Shown: positions 51,015 to 63,332, numbered from the stretch's first letter. The stretch is 64,000 nucleotides of DNA from Octopus sinensis (GCF_006345805.1 NC_043006.1:24428001-24492000), one strand, 5' to 3'. The notes: generated by a model not told the origin, from the letters alone. Made by a program: numbers and translations.

Positions 51015-51395
51015 TCTTTTTATCTTTTACTTATCTCAGTCACTTGACTGTAGCTATGCTGGGTCACTGCCTTGAAAGGTTTTAGTCAAACAAATCGACC
51101 CCAGGAATGATTGTTTCTTAAGCCTAGCACTTATTTTATTGATTTCTTTTGTCAAACTGCTAAGTTATAAACACCCCAACATTGATTGTCAGTTAACAGT
51201 GGGGGGTGGGGACAGACATACACAGATATATATAATAGGCTTCTTTCAGTTTCCATCTACCAGATCCACTCACAAGGCTTTGGTCAGCCCGAGGCTATAG
51301 TAAAAGATACTTGCCCAAGGTGCCATGCAGTGGGACTGAACTTGGAACCATGTGGTTGGGAAGCAAGCTTCTTACCACACAGCCATGTGTGCACC
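51015..51395 (-). mobile_element. Full-length SINE family A
   Basis: Reverse complement of the 56291 family. Confidence 0.85.
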
Positions 51396-51763
51396 TAAAT
51401 TAATAAGATATTAATTAAAATTTTAAAACTTGTAATGCTAATGAAATTATAGGGCCCAGGGACAAAGCAAATATAGTAATAATGGACAACAGACAATAGA
51501 TATATAAGTAAATCAATCAAAGAATCTGGTAAGTTAAATTAATTATACATATAACTGAGTGTATAACTTTTTAACCTTGAGAAGAGATGGCCTAATGGTA
51601 TTCAATTGGGATGTGTAAATAAGATTTCAAGGATACATGAAAATCTATAAAAGGATATGATGATAATGTAGAGATACTAATTTAATCAAGTGAGCTCATA
51701 TGATGTCTAAACTATACATTAGTGAGAATCAGTAGTAAACTTAAATGATTTTAGAAAGTCATA

Positions 51764-51923
51764 GATGCAGGAGCGGCTGTGTGGTAAGAAGCTTGCTTCC
51801 CAAGCACATGGTTCTGGATACAGTCCCACTGTGTGGTACGTTAGGCAAGTGTCTTCTGCTATAGCCTCAAGCTTACCAAAGCCTTGTCAGTGGATTTGGT
51901 AGATGGAAGCTGAAAGAAGCCAG

Positions 51924-52001
<78 letters not shown>

Positions 52002-52212
52002 GTATGTATATATTTGTGCATGTGTCTGTCTCCACCACCATTGCTTGACCACCAATGCTGGTGTGTTTACGTCCTCGTAACTTAGCAGTTCAGCAAAAGC
52101 GACCAATAGTATAAGTACTAGGCTTACAAAGAATAAGTCCTGGGGTCGATTTATTCGACTAATGGTCGTACTCCAGCATGGCCACAGTCAAATGACTGAA
52201 ACAAGTGAAAGA
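51764..52212 (+). mobile_element. Full-length SINE family A with expanded internal (TA)n
   Basis: gatgcaggagcggctgtgtggtaagaagc... through tgactgaaacaagtgaaagag. Confidence 0.88.
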
Positions 52213-52600
52213 GTATACATAGAAAAGGTTTCATGTTGGTTGTTAAATAATTGTGTGGGGCTATGTGATAAGATTTGTATAGATTCCCTAGAACATAACC
52301 AACAGGGAGCATTTTGACTTTCGTATGGAGGACATGAGTCAATGATGGACCAAGCCATATTATGTGGTATGTTCTTTTTTGTAAAGAAGTGTATATGTTC
52401 TGTGAGGGAAGTATGTTTTTCATATTTAAGTGAGTTTAGCATCTGGATATCTATACTGGAAATTCTGTAAGCACAATATCAGTTTATTGTTTTCAAAATA
52501 TGGTATAGCCATAGCCTGGAGAAAGTAATGCAATAACAATGCGCAGGAGTATGAATATAGACACCAACTAGAAGATAGTTGACAACTAAAAAGATTTAAT
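52213..52600 (-). mobile_element. Second Penelope-like GIY-YIG endonuclease fragment
   Basis: HTSLTEHIHFFTKKNIPHNMAWSIIDSCPPYESQNAPCWLCSRESIQIL...LFN parallels the C-terminal half of the 17265 ORF (SL..W..I...PY....CxxCxxE..IL). Confidence 0.75.
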
Positions 52601-52739
52601 TATCAAAGACAATAAATACTTGTAATATACACTCCATCTTGTGTTAAGCATGTAGTAATAATTAATGTTGTGAACTCTTAAAATATGACACTGAAAATGT
52701 ACTGGTTTCCATACCCAGCAGAGCAAGAAAACTAGTGAG

Positions 52740-53175
52740 AAGGCTCTTAATAGTTGGAGTCATGGACATGGAGAAAATGATTACACAAAAGAATAGAATC
52801 CCAATTTGCCCAGCAGTGAATCCAAAATATTCTGGACAAATGACAGGGACATTCCCTTTGTGGCTGGTTGACTTCAATGGGCATGTTGGACAACGTCCAG
52901 TGAGCTTCCATGGTGTGCATGGTGGTAACGGATTTGGTTCCCTGCAATGAGGAGGGAACCAGACTGCTGGAGTTCTGTAATGCAAATGATCTTATGGTCT
53001 GTAATACTTGTTCATCGACCAGTCTGGTGGGCACACTGGTCAGATTGATTACATTCTCACCAGGAAAAGCCAACATGGCTGCTTATAAATGCCCAAACTC
53101 TCTCAGGTGAAGAAGGTACCCCACAACATAGGTTAGATGCTAGCGATTTCAGGATCAAGGCTAAATGGCATGCAA
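52740..53175 (+). mobile_element. RTE LINE AP-endonuclease fragment
   Basis: DFNGHVGQ..FHGVHGGNGFG/NEEGTRLLEFCNANDLMVCNT/QIDYILTRK/GEEGTPQHRL. Confidence 0.88.
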
Positions 53176-54471
53176 CCATGTGCTGTCGTCTGTTGGCATG
53201 CTGTAGAAATAGTCTGAGAAAGTTTTGATACCACCTTGTGTGAAAGCTGGAATCTCCACCACTTTCTCACATGAATCATCTGAGTAAAGTAGTGAAATAA
53301 TGCTTTGTGGAGTAATAAAAGTCTCTTACAATCCACCTCTTACTGGAATAGAATGAAATTTTGGAGGAAAATTAATAATTGCTACTGCTACCAGGAATGA
53401 AAGAAAAGGGAGTCTAAAGACCCTAATAACATAATAGCAATGTTGAAGAAATGATTTTCTACACATGCAGAAAATTTGCAATCACATCCCCTTATCGAAC
53501 CATTTACACTGCTACTCCTCCTCCTCCTTGCCACTGCCACCACCACCACTACTTAGCACCCGCTTAACTCAAAAATGTGCCACGAAGTGTGTGTATTTAT
53601 GCTGTAGTACAAAAAACAATAAAACAATGCTGGAAGTGTTGGGAGTTTATATATGTTACTTTATGAGAGACCTCTCATAAATTAGCATATGCATAGAAGA
53701 GATGAAGAAAGGCAGACAGAGTGAAGGAGTGAGAAAGAAACAGATGATTCTTTCAATATATATATTTTTTGTTTTACCACCAGCTGGTTGACAATCCCAC
53801 CCCCACACTACAGTCAATTGACACAGTTGTTACATAAAAAGTTCACACATGTAGAAACATTTTATTGAAACAGCCCATAAGATCTTGGTAACCAGGAAAA
53901 GAACTGATGTCTCTGGAGTTCACTTTAGCTGTTGCAGATGTTATGACTGAGTTGACCTATGATCCAATCATATACATTCCATTTTTTTCCCCCTTGCTGT
54001 CTGGCATTGCATGTTTACAACTGCATTCTACCCCATGTACTCTTCCCCTTTTCTATGATCGTATGGGTGTGCAATTTATGGAACACGTAACTTGAAAATG
54101 TTGTAGGATGAGCAACTTTTAGGTACTGAAACTACTTATATGGTACTAACTAGTTAGATGTGGAAGAATCTGAGAAAGATATGCCAGCATTTGAGAGAGA
54201 CATTATGAAAATAAAGTTATTTCAGTTGAGATCAATAAATAATAAATGAGCCTGAATTTGCTTGGTTAACACGCTTTTAAGAAAAGACAGTGAGAATTTA
54301 TTGCAGAAGCATGACTACATATGTGACACAGCTGGTTTCTTGATCAACAAGTATAACTGCTATGAAACATTTTATAGCCAGGCATTATTTAGAAGCCAGA
54401 CAAATCCCTCTTGCTGATTGCTAATATAGCAATAACAACAAAGTTTCTTAGATGCATAACAATATTTGATT

Positions 54472-55085
54472 GATGGCTGTGTGGTAAGAAGTTTGCTTCC
54501 CATCCACATGATCCTGGACTTGAGGGTCCACTGCACCGTGAGCGAGTGTCTTGGGCAGACCAAAGCCTTGCAAGTGCATTTGGTAGATGAAAACTGAAAG
54601 TAACCTGTTGTATAGTAGAAATGTTAGCATGCCAGGCGAAATGCGTAGCTGTATTTCGTCTGCCGTTATGTTCTGAGTTCAAATTCCGCTGTGGTCAACT
54701 TTGCCTTTCATCCTTTCGGGGTTGATAAATTAAGTACCAGTTACGCACTGGGGTCGATATAATCAACTTAATCCGTCTGTCTGTCCTTGTTTGTCCCCTC
54801 TGTGTTTAGCCCCCTTGTGGGCAGTAAAGAAATATATATGTATAATATAAATATATCTGTATGTCTTTGTCACTATGCTTGTCCCTCTACACCAATTGAC
54901 AGCCAGTGCTGGTGTGTTTATGTCCCCATAACTTAGCACTTTGGAAAAAGAGATTGGTAGAATAAATACTAGGCTTTAAAAATGTAAGTAGTGGGGTTGA
55001 TATATTTGATTAAAAAAAAAAAAAAATTCATCATAGTGGTGCCCCAGCATGGCCACAGTTTAATGAATGAAACAAGTAAAAAATA
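54472..55085 (+). mobile_element. SINE family A with a family B SINE nested in its middle (about 54617-54833)
   Basis: A head 54472-54610, B copy with B box GAGTTCAAATTCC, A tail 54850-55085. Confidence 0.75.
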
Positions 55086-56290
55086 AAAAAATAATAAATG
55101 GTTAATAATTAGTTAAAGTAGATGTGTATTCATAAATACTTAACTAGCAGGATCTGTGAATATTTCACGGAAATAATGGTAAACCTATAGTGTTATTTCT
55201 GAAAATTTTATCTAAAAAAAACCTGAAAGCATAGCCTGTGTTGTTTCTGTAAGGAAAGATAGCCGTTTGTCTGCTACTCATTGAAAAGTTAAAGAAATTG
55301 GAATACAATGACTATTTAATGCACTTTATATGTAGACTTTATGCACAATTTTACACAGCACTCATAAAATAAATTTTCATTCTTATTTTTCCATTTTCCC
55401 ATAAACAATAAAATATCACTGTACATATGATACAAACTTTAGTTGAATTGCATATATCTGCCACGTAAATAAGCATGAATATTTCACAGAATTGCACTTA
55501 TGTGCATGCATTAATTGATAGATGATATAAAAAAAAACTTGGTTCAACTTATTAAAAAATACATTTTTCACTATCCAATCACCACCACCGTCTCCCCCCC
55601 ACCCAGCTTTTCTTTAACCTCACCATGAGATCATCAACCCTCTGCTAAAATTATATTTTTAACTCTCCTCCTCTACCTTCAACTAACTTTTTTAACCACG
55701 TAATAAATGTTAAGTTCCCACCCACCTCATATCATGGACACTTCTCTCCCTCCCTCTTCGCCCTATCCTCTTTTCTTCACTTCTTTTTCTTTCTCCTCTC
55801 TTTCCCTTCAACTATTCACATGAAAGTGTTACCAACAGGCAGAATTTTTATAAGGTCATAAACACTTACAAACATATACATGTTTGCATGTATTTATTAG
55901 GTTAATAAATTTAATTTCTTTATAGTAAATTTTACAGTCATTATAATGTTTTTTATTCTCATATTTTTAGGTTGAAAATAAAATGCCCTTAAAATGTGTC
56001 ACCAATTTTGTTAGTCATTGGCAACAAAAATTTCATGAAATGAAAACAAGTTTATTTTATGATTATGTATACTAGACATATTAAAAATATTCAGTTCTGG
56101 TTACAATTCACAAATCTGATGTCCTGACATGTCATGGCTAAACTTAAGAAAGATAAATATAAATTCAATGTAGGTGTGTGTGAGAGAGAGGTGGTTCTAT
56201 TTGATGAGAGGAGGGGTGGTTCTATTATTGAAGAAAAATGCTTACAATATGATTTGTGAATACTGACATTTGCACCAAAAAAAAAATGAA

Positions 56291-56453
56291 GGCGCAGGAG
56301 TGGCTGTGTGGTAAGTAGCTTGCTAACCAACCACATGGTTCCGGGTTCAGTCTCACTGCATGGCATCTTGGGCAAGTGTCTTCTACTACAGCCTCGGGCC
56401 GACCAAAGCCTTGTGAGTGGATTTGGTAGATGGAAACTGAAAGAAGCCCGTCG

Positions 56454-56484
<31 letters not shown>

Positions 56485-56707
56485 ATGTTCATGTGTCTGT
56501 GTTTGTCCCCCCAACATCACTTGACAACCGATGCTGGTGTGTTTACGTCGCCGTCACTTAGCGGTTCGGCAAAAGAGACCGATAGAATAAGTACTGGGCT
56601 TACAAAGAATAAGTCCCGGGGTCGATTTGCTTAACTAAAGGCGATGCTCCAGCATGGCAGCAGTCAAATGACTGAAACAAGTAAAAGAGAGAGTAAAGAG
56701 AGTAAAG
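56291..56707 (+). mobile_element. Full-length, little-diverged tRNA-derived SINE family A
   Basis: GGCGCAGGAGTGGCTGTGTGGTAAG (A box), GGTTCAGTCTC (B-box-like), ccttgggcaagtgtc core, central (TA/TG)n, tail tgactgaaacaagtaaaagagagagtaaag. Confidence 0.9.
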
Positions 56708-57185
56708 GAAGAAAACTAACACCATTTTCTGTGAAAGTAGGCAATCAATTCAAATTTAAGAAAAAGCTAAGTTTAGCTGAAACAATAGCCAATGGAAATG
56801 AAGAAAACCAGCCAATCACTGGAGAAAGGGTGCCACAACAGAAATATAAAACACACAACAAGATGTTTTGGGGCATGGCTTTGACAAATGTGACATTGTA
56901 ATTATCAAGATTCTTACTTATGCAATGATTTAAAAACAAACACGACGATAGTGTTGACTAAAATATTGTGTTCTGTTGTACCTGAATCTACTACATACAT
57001 CAAGAACCTGAGGAAATAAAGCAGATTTTATATCAATGCAGGTATGGATAGCTGAGAAGTTTGCTTCATAACCACCTAGTCCTGAATTCAATCCCACTGT
57101 GTAGCATTTAGTAACAGTCAGGTTGACCGATGCTTTGTGAGCAGAATTTGGTAAATACAGAAACAGTGAAAAATACCGTAATGCA

Positions 57186-57227
<42 letters not shown>

Positions 57228-57416
57228 AAAGCATAAGCATTGTAAAATTTGTGTTGGCTGGATCTTTAAGTTTCACTTGATAGCTTATTCAAATATATAT
57301 GGACATTATGTGCATATTTGTTGTCTTTTACCAATGTTTATCAGTGAAAGATATAAACATGGGTAATGAAAAGTGCAAAAATGCTACCCTTCAAAGGCAA
57401 TCCCTTGTAATATTTC

Positions 57417-57724
57417 AGTTCTATATACAAGAGATGAGGAATTATGTACATTATTTACAATTGACGGATATTTGTCCTCATCTTGTTTGTTGTTAACACA
57501 ATGTTTTGGCTGATATACCCTCCAGCCTTCATCAGGTGTCTTGGGGAAATTTCGAACCTGGACATATGGCATAGAGGTTAAGAGTGCGGGCTACGAACTC
57601 CAAGATTCCAAGTTCGATTCCAGGCAGTGACCTGAATAATAATAACATTGAAAAATATCTTAGGAATGAGAACCCAGGAACAAATAAAATGAGGACAAAT
57701 ATCCGTCAATTGTAAATAATGTGC
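57417..57724. mobile_element. tRNA-headed SINE with inverted tail segment carrying a CpG-decayed minimal hammerhead
   Basis: Minus tail 57417-57560 with HHR at 57494-57540: GACAC-CTGATGA-A-GGCTG(GAGGGTATAT)CAGCC-AAAAC-AT-T-GTGTT. Plus copy 57561-57724 has A box TGGCATAGAGG and B box GTTCGATTCC but lacks the HHR segment. Confidence 0.82.
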
Positions 57725-57866
57725 TTGTAATATTTGTTTTACACAGAGTTACAGATATTCTCCTGCCATTCTCACTATTGAATATGCAATGAACCATTGA
57801 CCGGAAACCCAGTAGAAACCAAGTGCAATTTAAATTAAATGAAAATTAAATGAGTATAAATCTTAC

Positions 57867-57930
57867 CTATCTTATTAAAAAATAACATCCAAGGATAATT
57901 AAAAATTTTCTCCATACTTAAATGACTTAC
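57867..57930 (-). other. Candidate 64-nt alternative or recursive-splicing exon of Phactr
   Basis: Acceptor atttattttatgttttcttttattttccag|, exon begins GTAAGT, donor ATAG|gtaaga. Open frame VSHLSMEKIFNYPWMLFFNKI ends in phase 1, matching the 9241 exon. No homology support. Confidence 0.35.
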
Positions 57931-58033
57931 CTGGAAAATAAAAGAAAACATAAAATAAATTTAAAAGGTAAAATTAAGAGTCTTGAAAGACAAAATATTT
58001 TCCAATGTCTTGCAATCATTAAAAATTTTGTTA

Positions 58034-58286
58034 TGTCGGGGGAGAGTCGTACTGCCTTAATATCTAACACACTCACCAGTTCAATTTCCACTCATTATTT
58101 ATATCTTCCTTTTTCAAAATTTTCATTGCTCTTGCAACCTTGTCAATGGATAATGGACAGCGTCAATATCCATTGACAAGGTTGCAAAAGCAATAACAAT
58201 TATGGAAAAGAAAAAATATAAATAATGAGTAGAAATTGAACCAGTGAGTGTGTTAGATATAAAAGAAGTATGACTCTCCCTAGACA
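58034..58286. repeat. About 250-bp near spacer-free palindrome (fold-back/MITE-like)
   Basis: ggagagtcgtact..atatctaacacactcaccagttcaatttc..gcaaccttgtcaatggata vs tatccattgacaaggttgc..gaaattgaaccagtgagtgtgttagatat..agtatgactctcc; centre near 58160. Confidence 0.9.
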
Positions 58287-58534
58287 CAACATTTGTTTCA
58301 ACATACAAATTCACATAAAGAATTTTGCAAACTGGATACAAAAACGAATTTAAACATTTGCACACAAAAGAATTCAATAATCATTGACAAAAAAAAACAA
58401 AACAAATCAAAACGAAAAAAAAAAGGGATTGGCAGGGCAATACATACCCTGTGCACAGATAAATTTTTTCAAAAATTACAGGGTAGCTTACAATGTGTTG
58501 ATTACCCAAGCTTTTTAACTGAATTGATTTATTT

Positions 58535-59085
58535 ATAAATCCATTATAGGTATTTATACTCCAGTGAAATTAAGAAAGCAACTCGTAAATAAACAAAACT
58601 CTCAAATCCATCACTGCACACACACACACACAGAGTTGCATATCTACGTATGTATGTACCCACACTTGTCTACATGCAAAGGTACACCATGATCTATACA
58701 TATGCAAATGAGGGTTGATTCATATGCAAAAAAGAAAGTAATCAGAATAATATGACCACTTGTTCATCAGGAAAATTGTAAGTTCAATTTAAAAAAAGAA
58801 TTTTCTTTTAAGTATCACCATTATAAGTATTTATACTCTGCTGAAAATAAGAAAGCAACTCATAAATAAACAAAAATCTCAAATCCATCACTGTGTGTGC
58901 ATGCTTGCATGTGCACACACACTCAATTGCACATTTATGTATGTATGTATGTACCAACATAGGTACACCACGTTCTACACACACACACACACACAGACAA
59001 GGGTTGATTCATATGAAAAAGAAGGTGAACAAAATAACGTGACCACTTGCTTATCGAGAATTTGCATGTTCAATTTAAAAACTTT
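58535..59085 (+). repeat. Diverged ~275-bp tandem duplication
   Basis: ccattata.gtatttatactc..aagaaagcaactc.taaataaacaaaa.tctcaaatccatcactg..agggttgattcatatg..gaccacttg..gttcaatttaaaaa occurs twice. Confidence 0.85.
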
Positions 59086-60074
59086 TTTTTTTTTTTTTGC
59101 TTTCTTGAAAGATAATCAAACCAAATGTTCATCATTTTGAGCCACTCACCCAATGAGTATTTCTGCCAAATTTGGTGAAAATCTGTTCAGCCATTTTCAA
59201 GTAATTTTGCAAACACACAAACAGATGAAAACAAGTGATTACAATATCATGCTTTTGCTTATGTGTGCAAGGTAATAAAGACAACAGAGCAATGATATAT
59301 ATACCTTTTATATTTTCTGAACTCTAAGAATGTATAGCTAAATGCAAATTCTAAGAAATGAAGAAAAAGTAATACCTAAATATATCAAAAGGTAAAATTT
59401 TCTTATGATCCCATAAAATATAAATCTCAGAAAGTTTTACCATTTATAAAAAACCTAAATGACTTAAATGTATTTCCTCACAAACTAACAAGAGAACATC
59501 TATACGCTTCCTTGACCTATCAGAAATAACTGGTAAATTGTCACTCAAATATGTAGTTGGATTTACAGAAGACAGATTGGTCATAGTTATTTAATAACAG
59601 TTGACCTGAACCTACAGAACTTGTATTGCTTTTTCTGATCAAGAGTACATAAAGACTTTGTAAAATTAGATTCTGACACATTTGTTTCAGCTTCAAACAG
59701 CAATAGAAATATTTCAATTTAAATGTAAATACAACAATTTAAATACAATTGAAACAGAGCCATATTTCAAGTGTCTTTCTTTTATCATAATTACCATTAT
59801 CATCATCATTTTATCACAGAGATAATTGGGCAATGAATTGATCTATATGACAGTACAACAGCATTAGAAATAGCCACATAATATAAATTAATACCATAAT
59901 CCAACATGATGATTTAATAATTCAGCTTGTGGAAACACCATAAAATGTGTTTATCATAGGGGGGCAACACAGCAGACCACAAAGGGCACCACAGTACTAC
60001 CATTTACCATGTGGAACACATGATCAGTAATCTCAGCAGCCAACAGACACCACTAGCAGCAGAATGGGATACTG

Positions 60075-61010
60075 TGCAGAACTAGCAGACTTTCAACATG
60101 ATCAGGTGGTCAGGTGCCACTTGTTTAATAAACCTGTGCACAAGATTTCCATCCTCCTGAACATTCCTACATCTACAGTTTCCAATATCATAATGAAATG
60201 GAAACATGAAGGGACATGTACAACCCTAAAGTATTTGGGCTGACCTTCCATGTTAACCCTTAGAGACCATCGAGTGTTGAAGAGGATTATACAGCATAAT
60301 TGTCTATCACCCTTCACCATCACACAGCAATTCCAAACTGCAGCAGGATCTACTCCAAACATCATGACTGTTTGGTGCAAGGTGCAATATGACACAGACA
60401 AATGCCCAACGCCGCCTCGCATGGTGTAAAAAGCATCACAACTGGACTATAGAACATTAGAAAACTGTTGTGTGGAGTGATGAATCATGGTGCACAATGT
60501 GGCAATCTAATGGTAGGGTGTGGGTGTAGTGAATGCCTGGTGAACGTTATGTACAAGCCTGAATAGTGCTGGCTGTGAAATACAGCAGTGGTGGGGTCGT
60601 TTCTCCTGGAGGAGGCTTGGAACCCTTGTTGCTTTATGTGGCACTGTCACAGCACAAGCTTACACAGACATTTTAACCACTTTCATGTTGCCTATCATTA
60701 AAGACCAGTTCCGGGATGACCACTGGGTCTTTCAACACAATCAAGCACCTGTCCAAACTGTAGGGATTGTAAGGGTTTGATGACAACAACCCACTAATGG
60801 ACTGGCCTGTGCAGAGTCCTGATTTAAATTCCATTGAACATCTCTGGGATGTTTTGGAACACCAACCCACATCAATACTCTAGCTCATTTCGGTACTCCA
60901 CGAAGAATGGGCTGCCATTCCCCAGGAAACCTTCAACCACCTGATTGAAAGTAAACCTGTGAGAGTGCAGCCTGTTATCAAGGCTGAGGGTGGGCCAACA
61001 CTGTATAGGC
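60075..61010 (+). mobile_element. Decayed Tc1 transposase
   Basis: ISILLNIPTSTVSNIIMKWK, RRLAWCKKHHNWT..VVWSDES, VFQHNQAP, MDWPVQSPDLNSIEHLWD, EEWAAIPQETFNHLIES..VIKAEGGPTLY. Confidence 0.88.
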
Positions 61011-61994
61011 TGCCACTGTTCCTGATTGAGGGTGGCCCAAACTTGTACTTCAATATTAGGTGGATGATGAGAAAAGCAACATCTATGTCAGGTGGGTTTC
61101 AATGGTGGTGGTGCGTACTTTGGATGGTGGTACTATGTACTTTGCTATTTTAGTGGGACATAAGGTATTATTGTAAAGATTTTTATAGCTACAATAGCTT
61201 ATGAGGGAAAAAAGACATATCATGTCAGTGGGCTATGATGTTGACCAAAGCCTGTCGTTGATTTAAATTTTTCAATCAGTCAGGAGCCTTTTTCTGCATA
61301 TGGTCTAGATATTGGTGGGTGTAGTAGCAGCACCAACCCTGATATGTGGGCACTAGCCCAGTGTGAGTCTTACCTCAGCTCTGCAAAGTGTGTCAGGAAT
61401 TAATCATGGTTGGAATATATTTTGTTATAGAAAAGCTTAATGCTTGGGAGGTAATTTTAGCAATGTTATTCAAGTGAGGCCACCAGAAACTATAAGGTGA
61501 CTCAGCTGAGTGTATGGCAAAACTGTTTCCTTGAAACACACAGCTATAGTGTCATAGTGCAACTGAAAGAAATTAGATAATTGTGTTCCACTTGAAGGGG
61601 GTTTGAAGTTGCTGTTCGTAAGTTAGTGCAGGGCTGAGATGGCAGAAAGAAAGGTTGTATGTGGGTGATGTTTATGTGATGAAGAGCAATTCTCAGTGTT
61701 GTAGGGGGAGAACCCTAACCGTGATAGGAGTGAGATTTTTCTGTAGATAATGGCATATTTTGGTACCATATTGTTCAAACACTATTTCCCATGACTATTA
61801 ACTAACTACTGCTGCACAAAGCTTAAATGGTTTTTGTAAGCTGATCATAAGAAATTAATCAAGATAATGAGCTAATACTTTTGTAAATTAGAATAAAATT
61901 AGTTAAACATATATACTTTTGTATTGCCAAAAAAATGCAAAGGCTGACAAACACTGAGACTGAACTTCTACTGAAGAGGATGAAAGTTATCATT

Positions 61995-62210
61995 ATCATC
62001 ATTTAAAATCCATTTTCCAAGCTGGCATGGGCTGGATGGTTTGATAGGAGCTGGTAAGGCTGGGAGCTACACCAGGTTCCATTATCTGTTTTGGCATGAT
62101 TTCCAAGGATAGATGCTCTTCCTAATGTCAACCACTTTACAGAGTGTACTGAGCACTTTTGTATGTGGCACCAGCACCAGTGCTTTTATGTGGCACCAAC
62201 ATCGACAAAA
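61995..62210 (-). mobile_element. (GAT)n-tailed SINE-like repeat, decayed
   Basis: tcatcatttaaaatccattttccaagctggcatgggctggatgg..gatgctcttcctaatgtcaaccac. Confidence 0.65.
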
Positions 62211-62329
62211 CTACTTCAGCTGGGAGTGGAGAGTAGTAATGTAGTGGGGGGCTTTGTGCCAATTAATGAGAGATTAAAGGTATAGAGGGATAGGGATAGA
62301 TGTCTTTAGTAGATACACGAAGACTCCAG

Positions 62330-62595
62330 TTGAAAAAGGAGGTGAGTTTGAGAGTAAGATAAAGTGAGCAGATGAATCACAAAGATGCTCAGAGAGTGTC
62401 ACCACCAGAATAAGAATAGCCTGGGCAAAGTTTAGAAAGCTCCTACCCCTACTGGTAACAAAAGGTCTCTCGTTCAGAGTGAAAGGTACAACGCATGTGT
62501 GCGAACTGCCATGCTTCACAGTAGTGAAACATGGGCTGTGACTGCAGAGGACATGTGTAAGCTTGAAAGAAATGAAGCTAGCATGATCCGCAGAA
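62330..62595 (+). mobile_element. RTE LINE C-terminal fragment
   Basis: [67 protein letters not shown]. Confidence 0.88.
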
Positions 62596-63251
62596 AAGGG
62601 CAAGGTACAAAGTCTATATAGTGTACACTTTGTAAATCAGGAACACGCTAGAAATATTGTAAGATCATAGGCATGCTGGCAAAGAAGTTAGACTTTGTAT
62701 GTGACAAATGCACAAAAGCAGGTAGCGGTAAAATAATCTCTTTCAAAAGGTTCATGAGCAATAGTTGACAGCTTTTGATACATATGTGACCTAATTAACA
62801 GTGGACATGGGTATACTGAAAGCATGGTGGTGTGGATTACTGACGCTGTTGGTGTTGGTATGTGTGTGTGTGTGTAATAATAAGTGTGAAGAAAACATGG
62901 AAGTAAGGAGGTGCAAGCAGACATAAGTGTGACGTAAAACAGGTGTGAGAAATGCAGGGTTGTGGTGGTGATAGGAGTGTATGTAAGAGTTTCAGTGTGA
63001 GATACCGTATTGTAGAAAAAAGTTATTAACAAGAGGGTACAATAAACACTGGTGCCAAAGTTTTTTTTCTTTTTTTTGTTCTGTAAGGGAAGAAAATTAG
63101 TGAGGTACATGAAGGTGCTAGAGGAATGTGAAAGAGGTGAATGTAAGGCATACAAGCAGAAGTGGAAGGAAAAATAAAATGAAAAAGTGAGAAAAATTAA
63201 AAAGTGATTTCTGATAGAGAAAAATTAGATAATATAATATAATATAATATA

Positions 63252-63289
<38 letters not shown>

Positions 63290-63301
63290 TGTGTGTGTGT
63301 A

Positions 63302-63332
<31 letters not shown>

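Noticed and set aside
56308-56634. 108-aa ORF, and similar ORFs at 31230, 31431 and 51186
   Set aside because: They lie wholly within SINE family A copies and are not protein-coding genes.
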